A stretch of DNA of 64,000 nucleotides. Origin: Kudoa neothunni. Its lineage: Eukaryota > Animalia > Cnidaria. Made by a program: the position numbers and the translations under genes. A model generated the notes under the pieces. The model made no database searches. It had not been told where the DNA came from and saw only the letters and a list, made by a program, of their open reading frames with translations. The DNA is taken from NCBI GenBank assembly GCA_964304625.1, contig OZ199839.1, positions 9,190,528 through 9,254,527 of the forward strand, read 5' to 3'. The first letter of the stretch is position 1. Every line of letters begins with the position of its first letter. Positions 1-13,100 of this stretch are shown in pieces.

Positions 1-1199
1 TGAATCGTTCGCAAATTAATAAAAACCTTGTAATAATATCGGTATGAGGGAATTTAAGATTAATTTCTTTATTTTAACAGATTAACGCTGAATGAGAATA
101 GACTGCCATTTTTCAAAAGTAATTATGATTGGAAGCCCAAAAGTTACTTAATGCATTAGATATATTTATATTTCTCTACATCATAGATACAATACTATAT
201 GGTTTTTAGCATAATATTAACGTAATATTGAGTCGAATACAAAGTCTCAAGTCTGGAGATGGAAATATGTTTTCAAGATCTTAACCTTTGCTTAAAAAAA
301 TAGTTTAATAAAATTCCAAACATTATTATAATTAATTTATCATTTATTATGTAAGAAATTTTAATTTCATTAAAAAAAGTTAATATTTTTTGGAAAAGTT
401 TATGTAATTTCAAATTCATTGAATTATTGTGATTAAGGATACATTGTCAATTTCAGGAATTTTAAGAAAAGGTGATTTATATTTCCAATATTGCAATGAA
501 AATTAAATTATTTAAAAATTATAATAACGCTAAATCTTTTCCGGATTGGTCTATCGTCACCAAATCATTATTTTATGGCATAAATTTATAACATCAGATT
601 ATATATATTTAATTTAGAATGATCATAATTTATTTTCGCTTAAAATATAATTATGGTATTTTTTGATAAGTAAATCGTCCTAAAATATTGGTGCATGTCA
701 AACTTTAAAAGAGTTTAAAACCACATGTAAATATGGCAATAGTAGCTGCGTATATCTTAACATTTCTCCTAATGACAAAAATAATATTTATAAGACATTA
801 AATATTTAATTTAACTAATTCTGTTTGTATTTATAGAGTAAATGTTCATTGTAATTGCTTATCACACTGAAACAAACTAACATCAATTATAAACAGGTAA
901 TTTTAAATCTGTTTCTTAAGCAGAGTAGCAGGAAATTTCCTACTCCTGATAGAAATATTTTTTACATTGGCGCTAATAGGTGAATTATCGTATTTTATTA
1001 CTGGTACGATATTTCTATACATAATTAAAACTGCATTTAGAATAATTATTCACGACAAACAGAAAGGCCTACGAATTATATGTATTTATTATTTTCTAAT
1101 GTATTCTTATAATATAACGAAAATATTAATAATATTTTTATTACAAAATTAATCTAAATATAATGTATAAATTTATATGGTCTTTCTGATTATTAAAGG

Positions 1200-4191
1200 T
1201 TAATTTTTCTTTTTGATAACCACGAATCCAACTGCACCGACAATCAGAACTCCAAGTACCGCAACCACTATTATTCTAAAATGATTTTATTTAAATCACA
1301 AGTAATTTCATTATGAATACATGACGAGGGTTTTTGAACTAAATAATGGATTAATTAATTATTTAATGATTATACAAACCTTGAACTGCTTTTTGCACCT
1401 AAAAATCATAATTAAAATATCATTGCGTAAATCAAATTTTACCTTGTTCTATAACTTCCTCACCATAAATAGTATCATCTGTAGAGCTGTAAACAGTTAA
1501 ATGATAACTGTTACCGTCTATTATTCCTCTGATGGTAAAAGATTTGCATGTTGGAAACGTTCTACAACCAGCATCTCTTGGATTCATACATTGTTTTACT
1601 GTTGGCATCGACTTGACACTTGAATTACGTAATACCCATTTGCATTTTGAATTTTCTTGAAGACTTGATGGAAGTGCATTTTCTATATGGAATAACTCAC
1701 CATCTCTTGTTATAGTTATAAATATAATTTTCCCCTTTTCTGTTGGATTTCCTTTAGGAGCAGCTATTAAATTATGTTAATATTCATATGAGTGGATATT
1801 TTAGTTACTGGGTACTATAGTGATTTCTTTAGGTGAAGATTTTCCTACTGCAGTGACTACCACTTTGTATTCTTCTTTTGCATCATAACCATTGAATATA
1901 ATCGAACGGCACAATGGAGGCGAGGTACACGTGTTTGAACTTTGAGAAGCCGCTGTTGTGGTAGTAATAGTAGGTGCAGCATTATCTGTTTGAGCTTCGC
2001 CAGCTCTTGCAATCTTTGTTCCAATAACTATTAGTTCAAGATTAGAAAGTTGGCTGGTGCTGGCATTCGGTTGACCAGCGCTAGCGTTGGATCCAGTTGT
2101 TGTGCTTGGTGGAGTCATTGGCACTGGTGGAACAGCTTCTGGTGCCTTTGGTCCCTCACACATATAAACATTTTCGAACTTGTCATTGTCCTTGACCTGG
2201 ATTGTATAATGACAAATGGCTTCTGGAACTTTTTTGGATAACTGTGCATTCAACTCCATACCATTCACAGTATATTTTTGAGAAATGATCAATCTGGCCA
2301 AACCTAATTTTAATTAACCCACAAATCACTTTTAAATGTACCTGTAATAACATTAGTATAAATATGCTCCTTATAATCTTTGTCAGCAACGACTTTAATA
2401 TCATAGGAAGTGTTTGGTTCGAGATCAATGATGGTTATTGATTCCCTACATCGTCCTCTACAGGGGTTTGTCTTAGTGCATGTAGCAGCACAAAATGTGT
2501 TCTTTCCCGTTGGACTCACGTAATACTCACAGTTGGGCTCTAATCTCTTATCAGTTCCAACTGTGCCTCCAATTGCTGTTAGAGTAGTTGTTGATTCTGT
2601 TTTAGTTGGGACCGTCGTTTCGAATACTGTATTGGTATCTTTTTTGTCTTTATAAAAGTATAGAGCTGATAGTTTCAAAATATTAACTATATACTCGTTC
2701 TTATATATATTTGTTCCGTAAAAGTATTCTGGCCGCCTGTGTCGGCAGATGAAACTTCGATTATGTATGGTTTTCCTGCAGAAAGTCCTTCAATCGCCGC
2801 CTTCGTACATTCTGTATTGCAATTTTTTGTTTCACCGGAAACTTGAGTCGAGGAGCTACAATCTGTATTGGTATATGTAGATGGTTTAATTTTGTCAGCC
2901 GCATAATGTTTTAGCGTGCATGTAGAAGAGGGGGTGGTGCCAATCGTCCCAAATAAGGTCCTATCGAATGTTACACCCTGATTTGAATACAACGATAATA
3001 ATCCATCCCCAGTCTCTGTAATCGCTACAAAATGAACTATAAATCTTATTATTCACCATATAAATACCAAATTTATTCTGTTGAAATCCCTCTGTAGCAG
3101 TAGCGGTAGTTTTTGTGAGGTCGTGGTGCCTGGTTTGAATTAAGATTTTATATATTTCTTTTGCTGCGATTAACGTAAGTTCAATATCTTTACACGGTGC
3201 GTAGCATTTCCCATCCGTGTTTCCACATTTAGATTCAAATGGCAGGCTATTTCCAGTATCTTTCCCATCTTTAATACTGAACACACATATTTCAGATGAT
3301 AACATTGAACCTGCGAATTTAACTACAACTTTTGTTTCATCTCCTGTCTTTTTTGTTACATAATATTGAGGCTCGTAAATAGCCATGTTGGTCTTCATGT
3401 ATGTATTTGGCATATGATAAAAGAAACTGGGGTACTTCGCACATCTCATCTCATAGTGAGGAATTAATAAATCGAAATCCATAGTAGACGAGACAGCTGT
3501 ATCACATTGACTTACCTTTGAACCACATTGGAACTCTGCATCTTTGTAAAAGATGGGACAATCAACTGGGCTACAAGTTTTGGTTGATAACGTCAGTTTC
3601 TTATCACTATCTATAGATATTTCTACTTGAGGATTTACAATTAATGCTAAATTTAACACATTAATATAGTTCAATCATTTATATTAAATTACGTATTGTC
3701 AAACCAAACACTTTCCCGCCTTGTTTATGGAGTTCGCCTTTAACATCTGACGTGGTACTACCATCTTTCACGTAGATGTATTTGGTTCTTGGCGAAAGAT
3801 TATTATAAGGAATTATGCTATCCTCCTTATTACAAGCGATGATGCATTCATTATCGGTGTTAGTTTCTTGGCCAGGACAACTTGTGATTTTTACAAAAAC
3901 AGCTGCTGTTGCACTGGTAGCGCCTATAATTTCTGCCTCGTTTGATCTCATTATACGACATTTTCTGTTTGCTACATACTTTGTGCCTCTCAACGTGTGT
4001 TTTAGTAAATTTGCCTTAGTGTTATTATCTTGAATGATCTGATAAGTTAGTGTAGCTTCCACTTCCGCTACAGATGTAGTTTTAGATGTCTGATTTGTCC
4101 TGAAAAGTACTAATAAAATGAAAAATAATTAAATCAATCATAAAAGATAATGGATACAAAAAAAGAAGAACAAGACCACACTCTTAAACAT
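1200..4191 (-). CDS. Type I single-pass membrane protein, 870 aa, 10 exons: signal peptide, about 6-7 Cys-containing fibronectin type III-like repeats, TM helix, 4-aa tail (KKKN)
   Basis: Spliced exons 4191-4158, 4109-3693, 3646-3068, 3024-2695, 2665-2342, 2303-1809, 1763-1443, 1398-1380, 1338-1321 and 1275-1200 give 2613 nt of open frame with GT-AG introns of 29-48 nt. N-terminus MFKSVVLFFFFLLF. Recurring FN3-like motifs NNLSPRTKY, EGLSAGKPYIIEV, DLEPNTSYDIKV, GYDAKEEYKVVV, GIIDGNSYHLTV. TM segment LVIIIVVAVLGVLIVGAVGFVVI. Confidence 0.85.
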
Positions 4192-7100
4192 GGTTAATAG
4201 TATTAGCGAAATAAACAATAATAACTGAATAACTGAATACTTTATTATATTCGATATTATGCCGGATCCAAAAGCTATTGAAACAAAAGCTTTATTGCTT
4301 TATTATTTGATTATTTTATAATAAATTTATCCTTTAAGAATTAATCATGATAATATTATATTATCAAAATTCTCCTTTGGCAAAACAATTCAGGTTTCAA
4401 ATTAATAAACACGACAATGTTTTCTTATAACAATTTTTATTATTATTATTATTATAATTAATCAAAAGATAAATTGTCTAGTAAATAATATAAACTATCT
4501 CGGATTATCAACTCTGCTAGAAAGTGTAAGCCTGATAATTCAAAATATCGATTCATTCGAATACACAAAATATTTATATTGAAACCCTTCTATCAATGGA
4601 GCGATTGACTATACATTCTTATTAAATTTTCTTAAATGAATTAATTATTTTATTTTTCATTTTCAGAATTATAAAAAACAAAAAACTAATTAAAAGACAA
4701 CTTTTTCTTAGTATAGCCTGATTTATGGTAATAAAAATTAACCTAGAGAATGCGAAATCAAAATCTACAAAATCAACTTAGTAGTTTATAGAAATATTGA
4801 CAGTTGGGATAATTTCATGTCGAAAGTAAAGGTAACATAGAATTATCAAACCGAATTGTACATTAGCTCTGGATATTACAACGTATACATATACCTAGTA
4901 AAATAACGTATACACCAAACTTTTAATTTTAAAAATGCATTAAATAGATAGTTTATTAGCTATTGACAGGTAAATTTTCAAAAGAAAATGTGTCCGTAGA
5001 CTTTTCATTTCTAAATTGGCCAATTATGAATGAATTAAGTTGTAATTTTATTAAAAAATTTATATTTATGTTATTTTTATAAGAAACTATGAGGAATAAT
5101 GTACTTACTACGAGAGTTAGCGCACATCCTAAAAGTATTTAATGTACTTCATTGAATCTGTTCATTCTTTAATAAGTTATTGATCAAAATATTAATAAAA
5201 AAATAATATCATTCTAAGTAAATTTATTATAAATTGGATAAAATTGTTTTCATGATCAAATAATTATGATTTTAATCCTGCCTACTTATTTAAAAAAATT
5301 AAAAACAAATGATTAAATAGTGGAGATATATTTTATATAACATGATATTGTTTGTGTGTACATTTTATACGAATTCTGATTGCACATCTTCCCAAAAAAG
5401 GGTGATAAAAGGATTGTTTGATCAGAACACTTAGGTCGCCCTACCCTTCTTACTTTAGAGGTAAACTTTGAATCTACATAAAATTAATAAAAAAATTCTA
5501 CATGATTATTTAACTATTGAAATTCTCGTCGATTTCGCGCTCATTTATCTACTAGTCACTTTCCATATTATACAAATCTTCAGACAAGCCATTATTAATT
5601 AACTTGGTTGAGGATGTGTTAACAATTTCATTCACTTCTGTCTTTTTAATTGCTCGAAGTTTGATACCTAATATTAATTTGGGAAAATTATATTTATTAT
5701 AACACCATTTCGTTTTCATCCGTCGGTATTTTAATTCTGATTATCGCATTTCGAATTATTCTCGTTGATTTAACTTTTTACATAAAGTTAGTTACGTCAT
5801 TTTATATGAACATTTTGAACCAATGATTAATAGTATTTTTAGTTTAAAAACATTATTATCTCGAATATAGCTCCAATTCTCTTAATGACAACTATTGAAC
5901 CAAGTATATACTCACTGCGATATTCTGCAGATGTTAGCCTACGTTGGTTTGAATAAACTCATGCATTTTCAAGCGCATTGAATATGGTATAAATATCTCT
6001 TTGTGAATTTGTTTTACTTTCATATTGTGACCAGATTTAAAATTATTATTAGATCGAAGATTATCCTGTGTATATTTGCTGACAAAAAAGATCTGTTTCA
6101 AATAAAAATCAATAGTAACGTTTCACATAAGTGACATTAATACTAAAACGATAAATTGTGATCTATATCGATAACGTTCATTATAAAAACTGAAACCACT
6201 ACATAAATGTAATATTAATTATTTTATTGAACTTATATCGTAATATAGTTAATTTACCATCACTGTTGCAAATAAACCACTTTGACAAAAGTTAACGTGT
6301 TCTTAACTTACCTGTTGAGTGAGTATATTGATAATTTTTGTCGTATAATATCAACAAATATTTTACAATAATTAAAATATAAACATAAATATGAATTCAC
6401 TGAATAAAAATATTGATCATTATTTTAATATTTGACCAATTAATAGGTAAAAGGTCGATTAATTTATTTTGTTTTGAAACTTTATATTATGATAATTAAT
6501 TAACTGTTAATTTTATTATTTAAACTAAAAGTTTTATAAGAGAGTTATTTTAGTAGGAGTTCCTATCCATTGTAATAGCCACGGCCAATTAAAAACGACT
6601 TTAAACAACAACTTAAACATTCAACATTGATCGAAGACCAAAATTTTAATTTTTTTCATAATTTAAATTAAAAAATGATGAATTTTTAATAATCTCGTTG
6701 AAATTTAATTTAATTATTCAAATACAAAGTATAATTTTTAAATTTATCTTAATAAATAAACTATTATAACCTAAATATATTTTTTATTATAATGGATTAT
6801 TTCAGTGCAACTTTTTTATCTTTGCATGTGTATTGGAAATAAACAAACATTTTAAAGTTAAGAAGATTAAATTATAAAATTAATAATAAATTAAATCTCT
6901 TAATATAATATGATTTAAGTAAATTTTTACATTTTTTTAAGAGAAAATTATTTAATATTTAAGTATTAAAAATATATATGATCTTATTCATCGAGCTTAT
7001 AGCACCTCGGTGTAAAGATTATTTAGAGACAATAATATGATTAATAAAAATCGCCATAGCCTGAAATTATATTTAACGTAAAGTTAAAAGACTATGTTCT

Positions 7101-7735
7101 CGCTGTCTATATGTATGTATTATTCATAACATCACATAATTATCTCAAAGTAAAAATGCCTAAAAAATAATTACTTAAGTTAAAACTCTATTTTACGACA
7201 AATGACACATAGATAAGAATTTAAATAATTTTTTAATTGTAAAAGGATGCCAATAAGTTAATAAATCACACCATTAGCTGTTAATAGCCAACACATTGAT
7301 ACATTTTCGTATGTTGGATGGCACCAAATAACAAATTTTCCACTAAGAAACATAAATAAATTTCACATTAAACAATTTAAAAACATGTATTTAAAAAAAA
7401 TTATTGTGAAAAAAATAGTTGATAAATAAACATTTTAACTTAATCCACAAACAATGAAGGATATTATTGTCTATATCTAATAAGCAGAAATTTTTAGCAA
7501 AAAAATAAAACAAGATTGTTAGATATTTTAAAACATTGTTCTGAAACTAAATAATATGAACAAAAATAATAAATTACAAATCAAACAATGCCCATGGGTA
7601 GACAATTTTAAGAGCAATGTAAATAAGGTGTTAATAAAGTTATTGATTAGTTTGTGAAAACAGGTACTTCAGTGAGAAGCCTAATGCAGATTAGCCAGTA
7701 GATCTACTATCTATTGAGAGATAATTGAGTAGGTA

Positions 7736-8282
7736 ATGGATGCTATGGCTGGAAATAAAGAGAATATATCAATGGAGACACTTCTGGAAAAACCAGGAAT
7801 TCCTGTTAGTCAACGTGGAGGTAAAGAGTTGAATACTCACGTCGAGTTTGTTGACGAAACTGGAAGGAACATTATTTATGATTGGAGTTTAAAACGCCAG
7901 AGAACTCAGAAAAATTTATGGAATCGGACAAAAATCTATCTGATAAGTTGTAAGGTAGAATGCGCCCTTTTAAGGAATTTCTACAATCATTATTTTCTAA
8001 TTACATCCAGGGAAACATAAATTTGATCCATTTTTTAATAATAGATGCTTGTAACATTTATGAAAGGCATCACCTTGAATGTTTTATTGAATATAACGGT
8101 CACAGGTTATTGAATTGGAGTTGCAAAACTAATTATATATTTTTTATTAGTATTGATGACATTTATATGTCAGAAATTTGGTAAATTTAACAATATATAA
8201 TATTGAGTTGGTTTAGTTTTTCGGAAATGGATATTATCAAATATCTAAACCGAAAAACAAGCCAACAAATAAACGAATATAT

Positions 8283-8326
<44 letters not shown>

Positions 8327-9539
8327 TTATGTTTAGATATTTCCTTTGATCTTCAAGCTACCCTGTTATTAACTCCAATAATATTTCCAGTATCCTTTCT
8401 CATAAATAGTACTAAAAAGTGTGAAAGTCATTTCTTAATTATTTGGTATAATTTTAGATGATTTCCAACGCAGAGAAAAAGCACTTCTCTATCTTGCAGA
8501 ATTCAAGAAACATGTTTACGATTTATTTCTACAATCGAGGGAGACAGGGAAAATTTTGAGTAAATATATCCACTCAATACAATATTTAATTGATAATTAG
8601 AAGTAAAAAAAACTGTATCCAACAATATGTTTAATAAACTTAAACAAACGGTTTTTCATGTGACTGAATATGTGTTGACCACTAATACCTACAAAAGATC
8701 TGTCATTGCTAAGGCAATTCTTGAATAATCCACCAGTTTCAAACGTTTTCTAATTTCTAGATTAGATTATCTATGAAGATCTTAGCGATATTTCTCAGAT
8801 AATTAGCGATTATTATATATATGATCCAACGGCGCCCTATGCAATGCTATGTATAATGCGACTGTTCACAATACAAGAGTAGTTGGTTGGGCAAATTAAC
8901 CGCTAATCGATTCGACTGCTAGGGGCATAACCAAATCGATTGAGGAGCTGAGGGTGATACGCGATTATCGATCCCCTTTTTCCACTAGAGCATTTGGAAA
9001 AGTTATGTCATTTTTATTGCCCGTATTGTTGTGCCCATTCTACGTAGAAATATCGCACAAAGTTTCCAAGACTGAACATTGGTCACCCTACACTATAGGT
9101 GTTGTGTTTTCGTTCACCATGGGTGCTATGCAGAGTGTACAGGATCGTTTGTATGATCCATTTCTCACATTCAGTAGTGATGCCATCAATATATCTGAGG
9201 TGTTTAAAAAAATTGACCAATTTTGAGATTATTATCAATCAAAAAAATTTTAGATGCGAGATTGGGCTGCCGAGAGTTTGGTTCACACAGCTAAAAGGTC
9301 ATACAAGGTGGGACGTTTCCGAGTCAGCAGTCAACAAAATATTAGAGTAGTCCACGATAATATTAAACCTACATATTTATATCCAATAGTAAGTTGGAAT
9401 ATGATCTTGAGGGATTTTTAACACAAAATTCTTCCCCTTTTAGAATCTATTTCGTAAACACTATTCCGAACCAAAATCAAAGTTCCATAAAAACATTGAT
9501 ATTCATTTGAGTGAAAATCCTGTAAATAGTCAGCCTTGA
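7736..9539 (+). CDS. Multi-pass membrane protein, bestrophin-superfamily-like (putative anion channel), about 10 exons
   Basis: Spliced product contains TPIIFPVSFLINNDFQRREKALLYLAEFK, then RDYRSPFSTRAFGKVMSFLLPVLLCPFY, then GVVFSFTMGAMQSVQDRLYDPFLTFSSDAI. This fits the bestrophin-like layout: TM2 followed by F/Y-x-RR, a helical cytosolic loop, TM3/TM4, then L-x-D/N-PF. The 5' exon boundary (7955 vs 8012) is uncertain. One intron is GC-AG (8714-8765). Confidence 0.7.
8283..8322. repeat. (CA)n(TA)n compound microsatellite in an intron of the bestrophin-like gene
   Basis: acacacacacacatatatat... seen directly. Confidence 0.9.
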
Positions 9540-10196
9540 TCATGTCATTCCCATCTCACAAATATCAGTCAAAGACAATAACCCCAATCAATTACACTAA
9601 TTAAGATTGAAAAATATCTATCAATTTATTTATATATTTTTTTTTTCATCCATCAAAATACCTTTTTCTACATTTGTTTTTTCATATATATATATATATA
9701 TATTGACTGACAATGTGAATACATCAGCATAGATAATTTTAATACGCTAATAATAAAATACAGGGATTTTTCAAATATCCACCGTTCGACAAAAGATTAT
9801 TAATTCTTATCAAAACTTATTGTAATTACCGATTATTTTCCATTTAATTTATAATCTTTTGACTTTATTTTATATTTTCTATTTTCTACTAGTGACTGCG
9901 CTTTAAAATTAAATTTATAACTAATACAAGAAAAAATTGAATTATCATAAGCGCATCTCTAGCAATTACACTCTAATTGGTTAATCACATTAAAATATAT
10001 CTAACTTTTCGCTGCATCGGATGTCAAAATATTCGCGTAAACAACGACAACTAACACATATGCGTCACTTATTAAAATTCAATGCGATCGAAAAGCCATA
10101 AACATATAATTGAAATTGTAAACGAAAGCACCCGATGATTATATATTTAGAACGAAGTTGAATCTGTTAATCTATCCGAATTTATGTATTGCTGAA

Positions 10197-13100
10197 ATGG
10201 ATAAATTAAGTTTGGAGGAGAGGAAAAAAATTGTACCAAGTTCTTGAGTTGGATTACGAGCTTAGAGCCAACGAATGCAAACAATTGGTGTATTTAATTT
10301 TCGACAAATGTTGGTGTGACTATTATGTTTCCAATTCACCTAAAATTTAGTTATTCACAATTTATAATTTAAACAACTACAAGATATATTAAAATAAAAT
10401 TATTTTTTATGAATAAAGTTAATCTTTCTAATTGGGTTATTGTTACGAGATTAAAATATTATTACTTTCCATATTTAGAAAATTGAAGTTAGAACTTGAT
10501 AATATTCGTATCCAAAGTTTACAACCTTGTTTGTTGAATGATTCGAAAAGTAAGCAAAAATATGAAGAGTCCAAAAAGAATACATGTTATCGATGTTGCA
10601 GACCGTTGAAAAAAGTTAAAGTGTTGATGAATTCAGTTTTTATTTGTGACTTTTGTCATAATCGTATATGTGATATGTGTGAAGTGCGGTCCAATATGCC
10701 AAACCTACGCAGACTGTGTATTTATTGTGCAAAATTGAAGTAGTTGCTATGCGAGTGGATTAATTTTAATGGCGCCATTTAGAGAGATTGAAGAGAAAAC
10801 TGGCGCCTGGTTTTACTCTGGTTTGGTGGATACTTTCAGCGAATTGGACGGGTCTAAACTAATCAAAAATTTAATGGTTGATGACCTCAATAGCGGCAAT
10901 ATCAAAGAGATTGAGATTATTGATAGTAGGCTTTGTTATTTTTTAATTTTGATTAATACTTCGTTCTGCTCACAGGGCTCCATGCCATTCTTTACAATAA
11001 AGTCCCAAATGATATAATAGATAATTATGAAATGGAAGCTGTGAATGTTGTTAGAAATCACATTCCGAGTGGAGGTATTTTTTGTCAATTGTTAGCCCAC
11101 TGAATCTACAGTCATTCATTTAACTGTATACAGTGTTGAAATCAACTTCATCTGATCTTATGGGTGCTTCGGCGGAAGATCTCACCAGTATTATTGGTAA
11201 TATTGGTGTTGCCAAAATATCTAAACCTGCTAAAAGTATTTTCATTTTTTTATAATAATTATCTATTTAATTTTTATGATAATTTTCTATTTAAATTTTA
11301 ACATAAATGTCAAAGTAATTTAATTTTTGTTATATTTTTTCATATATTATTAAATTAAACAAATTATTGTGTAAATATCTGTAATTAGGAAACTTATTAT
11401 AATTATTAAATAATATTTTTTAATAAGTGAAAATTAATTTGTAATTACATTAATAAAAAATTAAAAGATTCAATAATTTTTCTGTAATTTAAAATTTCAA
11501 ATAAAAACCATGATATAAGTATATTTTAATTATCTTGATAAAAATATTGTCGACAAATATTAAAGAAAATCTCGCATTTAAATTTGATGTTTACGAATCG
11601 ATAATTTTTTAATTTTTAAAAAATACATAGTATTATATTTTTAGACATTTGTTTTGTATTAACATTATTAGATTATTTTTGTAAGTTATTTTAATTTGGA
11701 AATTTACTTAAACTTTGTTTTTAATAAAAATGTTTATGCGGAATTCGTGCGTATATTAATATCTAAATAAATGTATGAATAAATGAATAAATAAATAAAT
11801 GTTTCAATATTCGTATTTTTGTATTATTAGAGTTAATTTTGTATTTACTTTTCGATTTAATTTAGGTAAATCAACAACAAATCCTTTTGAACAAGACCTA
11901 AGCGATGACGAAGTTCATGACAATAGATGTATAGAAAAACACATATTGCTTTAATAACGCTTTTTAGTATCAAGAATAACCGAAAATAGAGATGAAATTC
12001 TTAAAAAACAAATAATCGCAGATTCAAAGGATGTTCATCTGGCTCAGGTTCCTCATGACTCTTTCTTGATCGTCAACAATGAAACGGAATCAGTCTTTAA
12101 GTATTTTCATTTCTCAAAAAGAGTCCTTTTGCTTTAAGAATCTATAGCCTATAAGGCAGGCACGTGTAATGAGTATTGGCTTGGGGTAAACACTCAATGA
12201 TTATACCACAGTATTAGGTTATCACGAATTTCAAAGCAGCCAAAAAAATTATAATTAAAAACTTTAAAAATCGTTAAAGTTAAATTTAAGCATTTATAAG
12301 AAGTTAAATTATTTTTAAAGAAATGAAGCTTTTCTCTTTCATTCTGTGTAATAAATCGTTTTGCAATAATAAGACCATACAACCTTTCTTTTTTGTTGAA
12401 CCAGACACAATGGATGACGTGTAATTCGTTATTTGATAAAATATTACAAAATTAACGTACACATAAGGTTATAATAGGTTATTTGTTTCTCAAACTATTT
12501 ATAAACATTTATTTTACCATTAAAAATATAAGTAAAATATTTTTACATTAATTAATCAATTATGTTTTTAAGGATTATTTTGTAGTGACGTGTGGTTCGT
12601 AACTTTTCAGGTGGGTTGGGATTTTTTTTCGATTAATGACAGAAATAAAAATTGAGTTAGGATATTAAAAGAGAGATATGAAATAATAAAATTTTTAAAA
12701 AACTAGCGAAAGTTCGGGACGGAAACTATATTGAAAATGACGCCAATATTGTGATTCTATAAGTGATGATAACTGTCACAGAGATTACAAGTTTCGTAAA
12801 CTTGACGATAGACTACAAAATACTATTCCATTCAAAATCGCCTATCGCTCATTTTTCCGATTTAATACATTACTTGAAATAACACCTTTTTCTTCATCAT
12901 AAAAATCCAACGGATATTGAACGAGAGATACACAATAAATTGTCAGAAAATTTAAAAATATTACTATAACGAACTAATTTATCATTATAATTGATTTATA
13001 ACATTTTTTCCTCGATAGTATTGCGCGCGAAAACAGTGAAATTACGAATGACCCCTCACCCATTCTAGTTTGTAAAATTCCAGTAATTTTATCCAACTTC

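Noticed and set aside
967-1152. Short hydrophobic ORFs in AT-rich spacers (also 13512, 24756, 31617, 33220, 34186, 50475, 59680, 60901)
   Set aside because: Their I/L/F/Y/N/K bias is what random very AT-rich DNA produces; no splice structure or motifs.
5380-6000. Decayed minus-strand coding-like tract (SKVRRVGRPK, GIKLRAIKKTEV)
   Set aside because: Multiple stops and no diagnostic motif; probably a TE relic but unclassifiable by eye.
8011-8044. Possible GA-AG or GG-AG non-canonical intron in the bestrophin-like gene
   Set aside because: A canonical in-frame alternative exists (AAG|GTAGAA at 7955 to AG at 8044), so a non-GT donor cannot be claimed without RNA reads.
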